This document shows, piece after piece, positions 1 to 25,893 of a stretch of DNA of 64,000 nt. The stretch comes from Azolla caroliniana (Eukaryota > Plantae > Polypodiophyta). Position 1 is the stretch's first letter, and every line of letters begins with the position of its first letter. The notes beneath the pieces are model-generated. The model was not told where the DNA came from. It made no database searches and saw only the letters and a list, made by a program, of their open reading frames with translations. The stretch lies in NCBI GenBank assembly GCA_043228905.1, contig JBHGNT010000014.1, positions 9,796,001 through 9,860,000 on the forward strand. Direction: 5' to 3'. A program made the translations under genes and the position numbers.

Positions 1-131
1 TAATACCATTTCAAATGTGTAACAATACCTTTTCCACCTTAGCTTCTCCAAAAACAGCATCCAACTCTTGACAAATATTTGTCTTGCTTTCAACACATTC
101 TCATTAATAATCAACTCTGACCCAATCCAAT

Positions 132-324
132 TTTCATTTCTTATCCTTATTCTCATAACCAAAACAAGGTCAAATGATGACTGAAAGAGCACCAATATGT
201 TTCATTTCTCATCCTTGTTTTCAAAACCAAAATAAGGTCAAAAGGTAAAGAACACCAATATGTTTCATTTCTCATCCTTGTTTTCAAAACCAAAATGAGG
301 TCAGATGGTAAAGAACACCGATAA
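132..324. repeat. Three-copy 63-68 bp tandem repeat downstream of BTAF1
   Basis: TTTCATTTCT(T/C)ATCCTT...AACCAAAA...GGTCA...AAAGA(G/A)CACC starts at 132, 200 and 263. Confidence 0.85.
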
Positions 325-852
325 GTCACAAGAGCTTTGCAAACGTTTCAGGTGGATTTCAAAATTGCTCACATGTGTACATGTACAAAATAAATATGTG
401 AGTATATATGCTCCCTCTATTTAGTGCAATTTCTTGAGTTGCTTTTGGTCAAGTATCCATGTTTCTCACATATGTTATTACATAAGAAGGATGGGCAAAG
501 ATACTTGGCATTAGTAGAATTTTACAATTAACGGTATAACTCTTGCTCTTGCTCTGCATTGCAAAATCTGAAGGTGTTCCTAAGGGGAAGTCCTATGGGA
601 AGTTGACTTTATAGATGATGTTGCCAAAAAATTTAAGGTTAACATTTTCATACACAGGTCTGATAGAGAGCACACAAAAGCCACACTACCTTGCAATCTA
701 TACAAACGGGCATCCTCCTTGGCTTTTGTCTGTAAGACCATGTAATCGAAATCTATCGTACATTTGAAGTAGCATCCTCTTGGAACTCTCAGCATTTTCT
801 GATTCAATTTTTTTACAACCATTTCATGATACAGAGCATGATCTAAATTAGT

Positions 853-13706
<12,854 letters not shown>

Positions 13707-14659
13707 AACTTCGCACGAAGAGTTCAGGTGTAGCGAAGAAAGCTTTTTACAACGTTTCAAAATCCTTCAGAAGAAGGCGAACATCTCCACACATTTTTTA
13801 CCAGAAACACATGTTACAGTCTGCATATGCTTATATATATCTGATGAAGCTTATCCAACAACAGAAAAACACGTTTCTGGCGAGCTTCTCGAACGGACCG
13901 AACTCTGAAAAGTTGTGAAATGGCAAGGTGAACGTATGCGACGAACAGAATAAACGAAAGAACGACGAAGAAAACGAAAACAAAGTTTTTGCAAAGAAAA
14001 TGGTCAGCTCAAGAAGCAGAAAGAAAGAAAGAAAGAAAAAATATAGCACGAAGAAAGATCGAATATGTATGAAGCAGAAAAAACAGAAAGAAAGGGAAAC
14101 CCTGTGAAGAACGAAGAAAGATCAAGTTGTGATGAAAGACTAACAGAAGAGACAAAAAAAGATACCATAAAAGAGACGAGGAAAGAAGGAAGACCGAGGT
14201 CTGTCCAGTTGTGAAGAAATTTGAACAGAAGAGACTAAGCACAAAGGATGAAGAAAAGACACAAAGAGAGAAACCATGTCTCTGTTGAAAAGAAAGATAA
14301 GAAGGAAACTGCTCCGTCAAGAAAAAATTCATATACAGAAAGAAAATTATTTTAGGTTTACCATATCAAACGGATAGAGAAAGGGGGGAAATACAAGATT
14401 TACCTCCATGGAAGCTTGAGGAAGACGAATCTGGAAGAAATGAAGAAACCGGAGCTTCCCGGACCGAAAGATCTCCAATTCGGAGGCAAAACCAGGTCTG
14501 GAAGCAGAAAACGGGAGGCAGGAGAACAAGGAACGGGGCAATGGAGGTGAAAAGAAGAAGTAGAAGAAAGGAGGAAGAAGAAACAGGGGAAGAAGAAGCA
14601 GAAGCAGAAGGAACGGGATCCATCGCCATGGATCGAGCCTTAGTTTTATGCTTTGCAGA

Positions 14660-15045
14660 GAGATCTCTCTCCTCTCTCGCTCGCTCGCGCTCGCGAGCAG
14701 AGGGCCTTGCGAGCGCCGTCTGAGGCGATGACGGTGCCCCGCCGTTAGGCTAACGGCGCCGCTAGTTCTCACGGAACCCCATCCCCCCCCCCCCCCCCCC
14801 TAGAGAAAAAAAGAGAGAGAGAGAGAGAGAGAAAAAGAAACTGTTTGTTTTTCTTCTTTCTTATTTTATCGGGTAATTCTTCTTTTCCCCCGATTATTAT
14901 TTCTTCTCTCTCTCTCTCTCTCTTCTGCATTCCTTTTCTTTTCTTCCTTCGTTTCTTCTTCATCTTTTGCTTCTTGCGTTTTGCTTTTTCCCCCATGCTT
15001 TTCTCTCTTTCCTATTTCTTTCTCTTTCCCCCCCCCCCCCCCAAT
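14660..15045 (-). promoter_or_regulatory. Probable BTAF1 promoter / 5' leader region with GA/CT microsatellites and poly-C tracts
   Basis: CG-rich patch 14680-14765 and (GA)n/(CT)n runs about 1 kb upstream of the ATG. Possible 5'UTR intron donor GGAG/GTAAA at about 14403. The TSS cannot be determined from sequence alone. Confidence 0.45.
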
Positions 15046-17139
15046 GCATCCACATCAAATTTTATCTTTTCATAGAAGAAGCCTTCTAAGCCATTCATTT
15101 TATTCTTGCTTCTTCTTCCTCTTCTTTGTGGGGAGAACTTGTACGTCGACTCATTTGCCAAGAGTGGCCAATCATTGAGTGATGCACGTGTAGTAGTTAC
15201 AAAATGCTCCTACCAATACCCAAGCCCCTGTATAGGGTAAAAATTATTTCAAGGTTCTTTGCTAGTTCGAGCTGAAGAAAGCACAACAAGACTTTGATCC
15301 AAACATGGGCCATCATCAGTTCTCACTCACTATATAGTGTGATGGAATTGTACATACACAAGACTTTGGCTATTCCAAAACACAACGAGATGGAGTTTCT
15401 TTCTAAGCCAATCATTTAGATCCAATCTCACTCCATCAACACTCGTCTTCAATTATGATGCGATGACCCTCTAAATCATCTACTGCAAATTTGCTTCTTT
15501 TTTATAAGCACTATAATATAATATGATCCAAACTTGATTTGTTTGTCCAATGAGTGTGATGGACGTACAATTGTATGAAGGTTTACTCATCTCGAACCCA
15601 ACTCAAGATATAGAGGACATATCGATCATTCTTTTATGGATGCCCCTCTTTTATAATCACACGACTTTATCCAAGCTCGATTCATTGACTTTTTTATTCA
15701 ACAATAATCATGTAAAATATGTGATTCTATAATGTCAATTCCAAAGTCCATTGATATCGTCTAAGCCATTCATTTATACAAGTGCTTCTTTTGCATAAGC
15801 ACAAGAAATTGAAAACAATATTGATCCAACCTCCCAATATCAAACATTCAATCATCAATCAATTTATTGACATGCTCATCTATCTCATGTGAAATCCAAA
15901 TGGCACGCGTAGATTGTTTAAGGCGCATCTAACATCATGCTTCACGAGCAATAATGCCATTACCTCTTAATAATAATATATATTACTAATGGGGAACCTT
16001 AAGATTTTATATGGCCATTATGGTGATTAAAACACCTTGAGAACATTTGAAAGTTGTCCAATGGAATGGTGACTTGATTGTAATATATTTATGTGTTGAG
16101 ACTAATTAGTTTCTAGAATGTCCCATTATAGTTCTTAAAACTACAAGAGAATGTTTGTGATTTAGTGGGAACCCAACCATAATATATTAACAAGATGAGT
16201 CAAATCAACATATCGAATGTTTTAAGATGTGCTTAAGAGCACACGAGAATAATTTTCAATGGAATGTGAAGTTGGCATATGACAAAACGAGTGAGTGAGA
16301 CAATGAACACAAGTTTCATAGCAAATTTATGATAGCAAATAGAACCATTCAGCCATTGCGTTTAATGCAACTAATAGTAAATGTATCACGAGAGACTCTT
16401 TGGTTTTCACCAACAACATATTCCTAGGCAAGGATCATTGTCATTTCAACACAAAGTGCATGATGGGAATTACCCTAGTTGCAGTTATTGTTGTCTACAA
16501 CATTTGCAAATGAAAATGTCTTATTGCAAAACAAATGAAGATTATCTCATTAATACCAGGAAAAAACACCCTAAGAATAGTTTGCACACTTGTTTGGAAT
16601 CCGAACATGTGTAAAAACCTCATGTATCATCGTAATCTTTATGAAAGGCCTAAAGGGTTGTCTACATCCCTTACACGTGTTACCTTTTAGCATCTCAAAA
16701 TGGGAAATGTTATGAAAACAACAAATTAGCATCCATGTCAAGGCCCTTGTCAATTATATAACATGGTACTTGGGCCTTTAGATTACAAGATAAACAAAAC
16801 AAATTCCACAAGAATGTATTTTATTTATTGTGAATTGTTTACTAAATAAGGCTTACTATTTCAAGAATAAAAAACAAACAACAATTTATTTCTAATATAT
16901 GAAATCCTAAAAGTTTCAACTTAGTATGGCCATCATAATGGAACTCCTAAGCATATAATAATAAAAAGGTCATAACCAAGAAAGAAGCATAGACATTGTA
17001 TGTATGGATAATGAGAAAAACAAGGGACATAATTATCAAGGAGGTATATAAACTTTTTGTTGCAAAAGGGCCACGTAAATTCATTGGACGAGCCTTGTAT
17101 GGTCCTTTCATTATACAACAAGAAGAATGTGTAATCACG

Positions 17140-18280
17140 TGCATGGAAAAGAAATGGCACATCGACCATGAACCAAAGAGTTGGGAGGAAGATTATAAGG
17201 TATGGATTTATGAGAATTGCACGCTAGAACATCTCGATTGGGACCCTCTAGAATATCATTGGAACATCCCTAATTAGAAGAAAAAGCAGCTATTTGCCTA
17301 TACTACGAGCATAGGAAGGCACCTACTACTCCAAAACCTGGCAACTAAAACCTTAATTAAAAATTGGTGGGCATCACACAGTGCATGACTCCTTGCATAG
17401 GTTTTGGGAGAAATTATGAATTACTGATCTCCCCCAAAAAATGAAGACATTTTTCTAGTTGCTCAGCCATTGTGCCCTTCCAACCGGGGAATGGAGCAAC
17501 AAATGTGGATTGGACCCAACTTGCCACTTGTGTGGTGAAGCGATTGAATCATCTCAACATTGCATGTGGTCTTGTATATACACACAAGAAGTATGGAAGC
17601 GAAATTTACGAATACTAGCTCGCAGTGGAGGTTATGGGGAGGTCTCATGGGTGCCAGCCCAATGGCTCATGACGGACCAAGAATCATGGTTTCCATAATT
17701 TAACGAATCAGACCCCTTCATGCAACTAGAGCGAGGAACAATCAGGATGACTGACTCACCGTCCTAGTCACAAACAAAGTCAACAAAGCTAAAGTCATTG
17801 TGGACCACCCTTGCAATTCTAGCAACATGGCAGATATGGAAGCACCGCTACAATAGGATCTTCTAAGGGAAGCCCACCCCACCAGTAGAGGTGGTCATGG
17901 AACTTTGGGATCACCTCATCGCCTTCCTTCGAGGGTCATATGAAGATATTCAAGCCGAAATGAACTCAACATCTAGGGCACATGCAACTTTCATCCTAAA
18001 ATGGAGTAGAATGTTGATGTTACGATTGCAGGGTGACAATATATAATGGTGCTATCTCCCGCCGAAATGGCATTTCCCATTGAGGACTCACCTCATGTGG
18101 CATCCCCCCACCATCCCTGGATTGTAGAAGACCCTTAATCTTTAGGCTCCACGTTTTTAGAGTTAATCAAAGACACAGAGCTCTATATGAGGCGTGGTTC
18201 TTGTACATATGGTACCTCCTCTATTTCTTCCTAACTAATGGGTAGCATTCTTTTTTGGAAAAAAATAAAATAAAATAAGA
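17140..18280 (+). mobile_element. Decayed 5'-truncated L1-type LINE (ORF2 C-terminus with zf-RVT zinc finger)
   Basis: Broken reading PPKMKTFF.LLSHCALPTGEW...CHLCGEAIESSQHCMWSC...WQIWKHRYNRIF; A-rich (AAAAT)n tail at about 18259-18280. Confidence 0.75.
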
Positions 18281-18423
18281 AGAATGTGTATTAATAGTTT
18301 GATCAAGAATCACAAATCATATATATAATAACTACATGTAATTAATTTAGTTTCAGGTGCAATTTGTCAATGATCTCATTGTAGTATGAAATGACTATAG
18401 AAAGGACGGTAGCTTATGAGAAT

Positions 18424-18884
18424 TGTTGGCCGGTGGCCAGAGTATAAAATATAGTCTGGGGAAGAGCCAGTTTTGTATTTATTAAGATTAGTATTAATGA
18501 GAATTATAATAGGAATGGGTGGATCCAGAAAAAGATGTACCGATCCGGATCTGGACCGGTTCATAGCCGGTTGCCGGTTTGGCACCGTTTTGTAAACAGA
18601 ACCGGATACCTATAAAAGGATCCGAAGAACGATGTGTATGGGGACGAAATTAATATAAGAGGGTCTTGTTACTATTATTGTGTATCTGTTCAATTCTGTT
18701 TTGTGCTTATTGTTTTTTTTATCTTACGCGTGTAATCAGCCATACGTGATGTCTATTCGGAATTGATCTGGAAGTTGCTGGTTACGGAAACAACAAAGTT
18801 GGATCCTTACCCCGTAACCACCCTTTGGTGAAGTGATCCGGAAGGACACCCTGTGTTAGCGGCTAGTTCAGCCTAGGATTAACA
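18424..18884 (+). repeat. 5' LTR of element A
   Basis: Matches 48687-49016 plus 54373-54499. TATA-like CCTATAAAAGG at about 18609. Followed by PBS TGGCGACCAC, complementary to a tRNA-Arg 3' end. Confidence 0.9.
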
Positions 18885-20339
18885 TAGTTTTGGCGACCAC
18901 GATTCTTGGGAAGCGCATTGAACATCGAGGAATGGATGACTAGACCGACAAACGACCCAGTTGCCGAACAAGCGAGAAGACTAGTTGAGAGACTGTAGAG
19001 GCGGGAGGCCTACCAACAGGCAGTCGAGAAGATCCAGCACGACCGGTCTTTTCCTAGAACGATTCGGCAGGTCGCGGAGGAGTCACTCCAGTTGCAAAAC
19101 CAATAATATATTGACGAAGGCAGTAGCCTGAGCAACTTACGATAGGCAAAATCGATATTGCACACTCTCGCCATAAGAACTAGAGAATCGGAAGCCTTCT
19201 CCAACTTTGAGTCGGAATTGGATAGTGAGCATAGTGTGTAGTCGAATTATTGAAGCAGTCACGACACCCCGAACAATCTAGCAGACAACAGTTCGGAGCA
19301 CACATCGACACCGGAAGCAGACACAACATTACCCACACCACCGGACCACGAAACAAACCAAGACCAACAGTCAAAGAAAAAGCCGAGAGTGTATCAACAC
19401 CACCACCGGATCAACAATCCGAGAACACGAATGACAACGTACCAACGCCACCACTGAACACGGAGTTAGAAAATGAAGAGGTTGTGCTACCCTTCGCTGA
19501 CGACACCATGCCATACCCATAACCAAAGTATCGGGACGAACCGGATGCAGAAGTGCACGTATATGCTTTTCTACATACATGGGAAACGAACCATGTCTCG
19601 CACCAACTGACAAAAGTAGAGGTCGAACGATCAAAGAGAGTTAGTCAGCCAATTCTATACGGTCTACCAAGAATTCAATGACACAACCTTGCAATTCGTG
19701 ATTTCAGACAATGCACAACGAATTGACAAGGGCACCTCCGGAAGACGAGGCAAAAGCGGTCTTTCTAGCCCCACTCCGGGAACCGCTACGAACGATGCTG
19801 ATAGTATTCGACTTCTGAACAAGCACCATGGATGAAGTCATCGACCGAGTGCTAGAAATGGATAGAGCCCAGAATCGCAATCACATGGCGATGGGAGCTC
19901 TACAACGAGTGCTACCCAATGAAGAGAACTTAAGGTTTCGACAGGTAGTCCAATGTACAACATGCCTCAACCCCGGTCACTCGACGTTAGAATGCATGAT
20001 GTGGACACAATGCATGTTGTGCCACTCCTGGTCCCATAGGATGGACCAGTACGAGTATAACCTGCTCAACCAGCAAGCGGCACTGGTCCAACACATGTAG
20101 CCCCGGAGCGAGCAACAACTAGAAGAGGGGCAGTTCCGGAGGGAAGACCGATATCGACCGAAACAAAGGGACCAGTACGACGTCAGAAGAAGAGAGGATT
20201 ATGACGAGGAATGCAACTACCGGCGAGGAGGAGACTACAATCAAGAGCGTTACAATCGCGACTACTCCTCGGATTATGATCGTAGAAGAGACGACTGAAG
20301 GTACCCAGAACGGCGAGAGTACCCAGATTAGGATAGACG

Positions 20340-23300
20340 TGACAGGAACTACACACTCCGATGAACACCGCTCGGCCACAACCGAGCTTAGAATCAAACA
20401 CAAAAAACGGGGAATGAAAAAACATGACACAAAGGAGAGAAGAGTACACAGGATGTTTAACGTGGAAAGCCTTGAGGGGGAAAAACCACGGGAGTCCACA
20501 GACTCCAAACTATCACTATATCACAATGATTACAACAATGAGCTCACGGAGGCAACAACCTCACGCTCTCGATCTTCGCCACAGGTGGCGGTTACAACAG
20601 AGGCAACAACCTCTTCCTCTCTCTCTCTCTCTCTGTACACTGTTACGCGCTCTAATCTTCCACCGACAAGAAAGACAACAACACTAATTAAAGTTTGCCC
20701 TAAGTCATATTTATACTAATATGACTTTTCGGCTATTTACAAATATAGCCCTGATGGACTCTCAAAAACATATTTACGAATATGTCCCTTCATCCGGTGA
20801 GCACTCCTCACCGGGCCTACATCATCCGGCGCTTGCCGGGCGCACGTCATCTGGTTCTCACCGGGTCTTCCGTTGTCGGGTACTCCACATCCGGTTCTCA
20901 CCGGGTCTTCACCATCCGGCTCATGCCGGGTACTCGTCATTCGGTTCTCACCGGGTCTTCACCATCCGACTCTTGCCGGGTACTCGTCATCCGGTTCTCA
21001 CCGGGTCTTCACCATCCAGCTCATCAGCACTGTTCTTCTCACTTCCCATCCGGAGGGACTTATCTCCCAACAAACTCCCCCTTCACTCCGACATGGGGTG
21101 TCTTACTAGTCTGATCCGCTTCCGGCATGCTTCCAGCTTGTCGGGTATCAACACTTTGGTCAACATATCTGACCCGTTCTCGGCCGTGTGGATCTTCGTC
21201 AGCGCGAACTCCTGGTCATCTACTCTTTCCCGGATCCAGTGATACCTTCGCTGGATATGCTTCGTCCGGGAATGGTAGGCCGCATTCTTAGCAAGGTGGA
21301 TGGCACTTTGACTGTCGCAATAGAGCCGGTATTCATCTTGCCGGATACCGAGCTCTTCGATGAAGTCCTTCATCCATAATATTTCCTTGCCGGCTTCCAC
21401 AGCCGCCATGTACTCCGCTTCCGTGGTTGACAACGCAACCGTCTTCTGCAGCCTCGACTGCCACGAAATAGCTCCCCCTGCATACCCGGATGTAGACCAG
21501 CTGGTATCCACATCAGCCGACATGTCTGAATCGGTAAAACCGTCAAGTTGAGGTTTTCCCGAGCTGAATCGGAGACACATATTTGAAGTGCCCTTCAAGT
21601 ACCGGAGTATCCATTTGACCGCGTTCCAGTGCTCCTTGCCGGGATTGCTCATAAACCGGCTCACCACTCCGACTGCGTATCCTATATCTGGTCGGGTACA
21701 CACCATTGCGTACATTAAGCTCCCGACGGTAGAGGCATATGGAACCTTCATCATATCAGCCTTCTCTACTTTCGTCTTCGGGCTTTGCTTACCGGATAAT
21801 CTGCAGTTTGCCAGAAGTGTCGATCCGACCGGTTTCGCATCTGACATGTTGAACCGTTGAAGCACCTTTGTCACGTATTTCTCCTGTGACAGCCACAGTT
21901 ACTTCGTTGGCCGGTTCCAGATGATATGCATCCCCAACATCTGTCTTGCCGGACCCAAGTCTTTCATCGCGAAGGTTCGGTTGAGAGCCTTCTTCAGCAT
22001 CAGTATTTTGGCTTGGTCCCGTCCGACGATCAACATGTCGTCCACGTACAGAAGGAGTATTAGGAAGTCGCCTCCTTCGAACTTCTTCACAAACACGCAT
22101 TGATCGGCTTGCGTCTTGTGGCACCCTTGATCGGTCATGAAGGAGTCGAACTTCCGGTACCATTGTCAGGGAGCTTGCTTCAGTCCGTACAGGCTCTTCT
22201 TCAACCGACATACCAGGTGCTCCTTCCCTTTCTCCACGAATCCTTCCGGTTGCTGCATGTAGATCTCCTCTTCAAGGTCACCGTGAAGGAATGTCGTCTT
22301 CACGTCAAACTACTATACCTCGAGGTCCATGCTTGCCGCTATACTGAGCACCGTCCGAATGGAGGTCATCTTTACTACCGTGGCAAATATCTCGTCGAAG
22401 TCCACGCCCTTCTTTTGCTGGAACCCCTTCACCACGATCTTGGCTTTGTATCTCGGGGGGTTGCCGGCATCTCTCGGTTTCAACTTGTACACCCACTTGT
22501 TTCGGAGTGCCCACTTTCCTTTCGGCAACTCCACCATTTCGTACGTATGGTTCTCATGCAGGGAATCCATCTCATCCTGCATGGCACTTAACCATTTGTG
22601 GTTGTGAGTGTCACTTTTAGCTTCCTCGAAGCTTTCTGGCTCCCCCTCATCGGACATCAGCACATGCTTTGCATTTGGAAATCTCCGGGGGGGCCCTTCT
22701 CTCTCTGAGAGGTTATCTCCGTCTTTGGGCTTCGATAATTGGCTCCTCCATTTGCTCTTCATCCGAATCCGAATCGAGGTCTTGGCCGGTTCCGGTTTCA
22801 GCTTCCTCTACTTCTTCTTCAGCCGGTTCGGTATCCTCACCATAACCGGTTGGTTCCTCGAGTGCTAACCGGTCTCTTTCCGGTTGGGTCTGCTCATCGT
22901 AGAATCGATCCTTACCGGTCGACTCAGAGTTCATTATATCTTCTTCTCCGACTCTCAGTCGGCGAGCGTCTTGTCCTCCATGAAGATAATATCTCGACTC
23001 CGGAATACCTTCTTGTCGACCAGGTCCCACACTCGGTAGCCGAACTCATCGTCGTCGTAACCGAGGAATATGCATGGCCGGGTCTTCGGGTCTAGTTTTC
23101 CTCTCTGGTCCTTAGCTACATGCACATACGCAAGACACCCGAATACCTTTCAGATGCCGGTAGGACACTTCCTTACCGGTCCAGACTCTCTGTGGCGTGT
23201 CTCCGTCCAAGGGTATTGAGGGTGATCTGTTTATCACATATGTCGCCGTCGACAGTGGCTCAACCCAAAACTTCTTGGGTAGTTTTGCATTCGCCAACAT

Positions 23301-25893
23301 ACTCCGGACCCTCTCCATTATTGTCCGGTTCATCCTCTCGGCCAGCCCGTTTAGTTCCGGCATCTTCGGCACGGTAAATTCGAGCCGGATTCCCTTTGAG
23401 TGACAATACTCTTCGAACTGCCCCCGGTATTCACCTTCGTTATCCGCTCGAACCGCCTTCAGCTTTCAGCCGGTTTCTCTTTCCACTCTCGCGTGGAGCT
23501 CTTTGAAGACGGATAACACATGATCCTTCGTCTTCAACGGTGTGGCCCACAACTTCCGACTGTGGTCATCTATGAACATCACGAAGTACTGCGATCCTGC
23601 ATGTGACTTCGTGTCCACCTGACACACATCAGTATGCACCAACTCCAGTGGTGCATTATGTCTCATCGGTGGCCTTGGTCGGAAGGAGGTCCCGTTTTGC
23701 TTACAGGCCAGACAATCAGTGCACTTCTCCAAGTGCACGTTCTTCACTGGAATGAGGTTGTCGTCTGCAAGCCTCTTCATCCCCTTCTCGCTCATGTGAC
23801 ACAACCTTTTGTGCCACAACTCACCAGCAGTATCAGATGCCACGTTCACTTCCTCCGGACATAACCAGGCATTCATCAGGTACAACGTCTTTACCTTCCG
23901 GGCCCGAGCCACAATCAGGCTCCCTTTGCTGAACTTCATAACACCGTTCCAGATGCTACCCGTGTAGCCTTCATCATCTAGCCGACCGACTAATATCAGG
24001 TTCAGATGAACTTCGGAACGTGTCGAACATCCTTCAGCAGCAATTTGCATCCGATTGGTGTTGTCAACCACACGTCTCCTATGCCGACAATTCGGCATGT
24101 ACCTTCATTCCCCATCCGGACACAGCCGTGATCACCGACTGAGTAGGATGAGAAGCATTTCTGGTCCGGGGTAAGGTGGAACGACGCTCCGGAGTCGACC
24201 ACCTAGGTCATCTCATCGCCGGCAAGGTTTATCTCACTCTCCTCGGTGATGAGCATCAACTCTTCTTCACTTGCCGCAATTGCCGTCGTTCCCTTCCGGT
24301 CCGTTCCCCTCCGGTCTTTACCGTTCCGGTCCGGTGTCCGCTTCAAATCGGTACCGTCGGTTTCCTTGTCTTTTCGGAAATGCCGACAGTTCTTCTGGAA
24401 GTGTCTCGGCTTGCCGCAATAGAAGCAAGTAGGCCTCCCTCTTGACTTTGACCATGTCCCCGACTTCTCCCGGTTTTGGGGACTATGGTTCCTTTGTCTT
24501 CCGCGTTTTGATTCGGTAAGGAGAGCTTTGGAGTCGGAGCTCGTATCCTTATCTTTTCAACGCGCCTCCTCATCTAGCAAGCTCGACTTCACTCTTGCTA
24601 GGGATAACCGTTTCCCTTCCGGCCCGGCGTTGCCCAAAGTGACAACCAACGTCTTCCAGCTATCTGGGAGTGAACCGAGCAGGAGTAACGCTAGTACCTC
24701 ATCAGCGAGAGGCACTTCCAATGATGTTGCCTGATGGATCAGCCCCTGGAAGGCATTCATGTGCTCCACCATGCTGGAGCCATCTTGGTACTAGAGTCTT
24801 ACTAGCTTCCGAAATACCGAAACCTGATTAACAACATTTTTGTTTTGAAACATAATGCCGATCTTCTCCTAGAGCTCATGAGCCTTGCTCTCTTCATTGA
24901 AGTTGTTGTATAGGCTCATGTCGATGAAGCACCATATGTACGCCATTGTCTTCATGTGCATCACCTCCCATATCGTGGCGTCGATTTTGTCCGGTCTCTT
25001 GTCCCCGAACTGAACCGGCAACCAAAGATCTTTAACCACGAGCATGTCCCTCATCTTCGACTTCCACACCGAATAGTTGGAGCCGGTGAGCTTGAACATA
25101 CCTCCCAACGAATCGTCCATTTTCTGTGTCGTTTTGCTCTAATACCAGTTTGACAGGAACTACACGCTCCGATGAACACCGCTCGGCCACAACTGAGCTT
25201 AGAATCAAACACAGAAAACGGGGAAGGAAAAAACACGACACAAAGGAGAGAAGAGTACACAAGATGTTTAACGTGGAAAGCCCTGAGAGGGAAAAACCAC
25301 GGGAGTCCACAGACTCCAAACTATCACTATATCACAATGATTACAACAGTGAGCTCACGGAGGCAACGACCTCGCACTCTCGATCTTCGCCACAAGCGGT
25401 GGTTACAACAGAGGCAACGACCTCTTCCTCTCTCTCTCTCTCTCTCTCTTTCTTTGTACACTGTTACGCGCTCTAATCTTGCACCAACAAGAAAGACAAC
25501 AACACTAATTAAAGTTTTCCCTAAGTCATATTTATACTAATATGACTTTTCGGCTATTTACAAATATAGCCCCGATGGACTCTCAAAAACATATTTATGA
25601 ATATGTCCCTTCATCCGGTGAGCACTCCTCACCGGGCCTACATCATCCGGCGCTTGCCGGGCGCACGTCATCTGGTTCTCACCGGGTCTTCCGTTGCCGG
25701 GTACTCCACATCCGGTTCTCACCAGGTCTTCACCATCCGGCTCATGCCAGGTACTCATCATCCTGTTCTCACCGGGTCTTCACCATCCGGCTCTTGCCGG
25801 GTACTCGTCATCCGGTTCTCACCGGGTCTTCACCATCCGGCTCATCAACATTGTTCTTCTCACTTCCCATCCAGAGGGACTTGTCTCCCAACA
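20340..25893 (-). mobile_element. Copia-1: full-length but degraded Ty1/Copia element (Tnt1/Tork-like)
   Basis: LTRs 20340-21072 and 25151-25893; TSD AGACG; PBS TGGTATTAGAGC (mutated tRNA-iMet); PPT GTGAAGGGGGAG. Fragmented gag/PR (VDSGAS)/INT/RT (LYVDDML)/RH ORFs. Confidence 0.95.
20850..21030. repeat. 50-bp tandem repeats in the U3 of the Copia-1 LTRs (also 25670-25845)
   Basis: CCGGTTCTCACCGGGTCTTCACCATCCGGCTC(A/T)TGCCGGGTACTCGTCAT repeated about 2.6 times, plus degenerate shorter units. Confidence 0.85.

Noticed and set aside
13831-15178. F/L/S-rich and K/R/E-rich short ORFs
   Set aside because: Translations of GA/CT low-complexity leader and promoter sequence.
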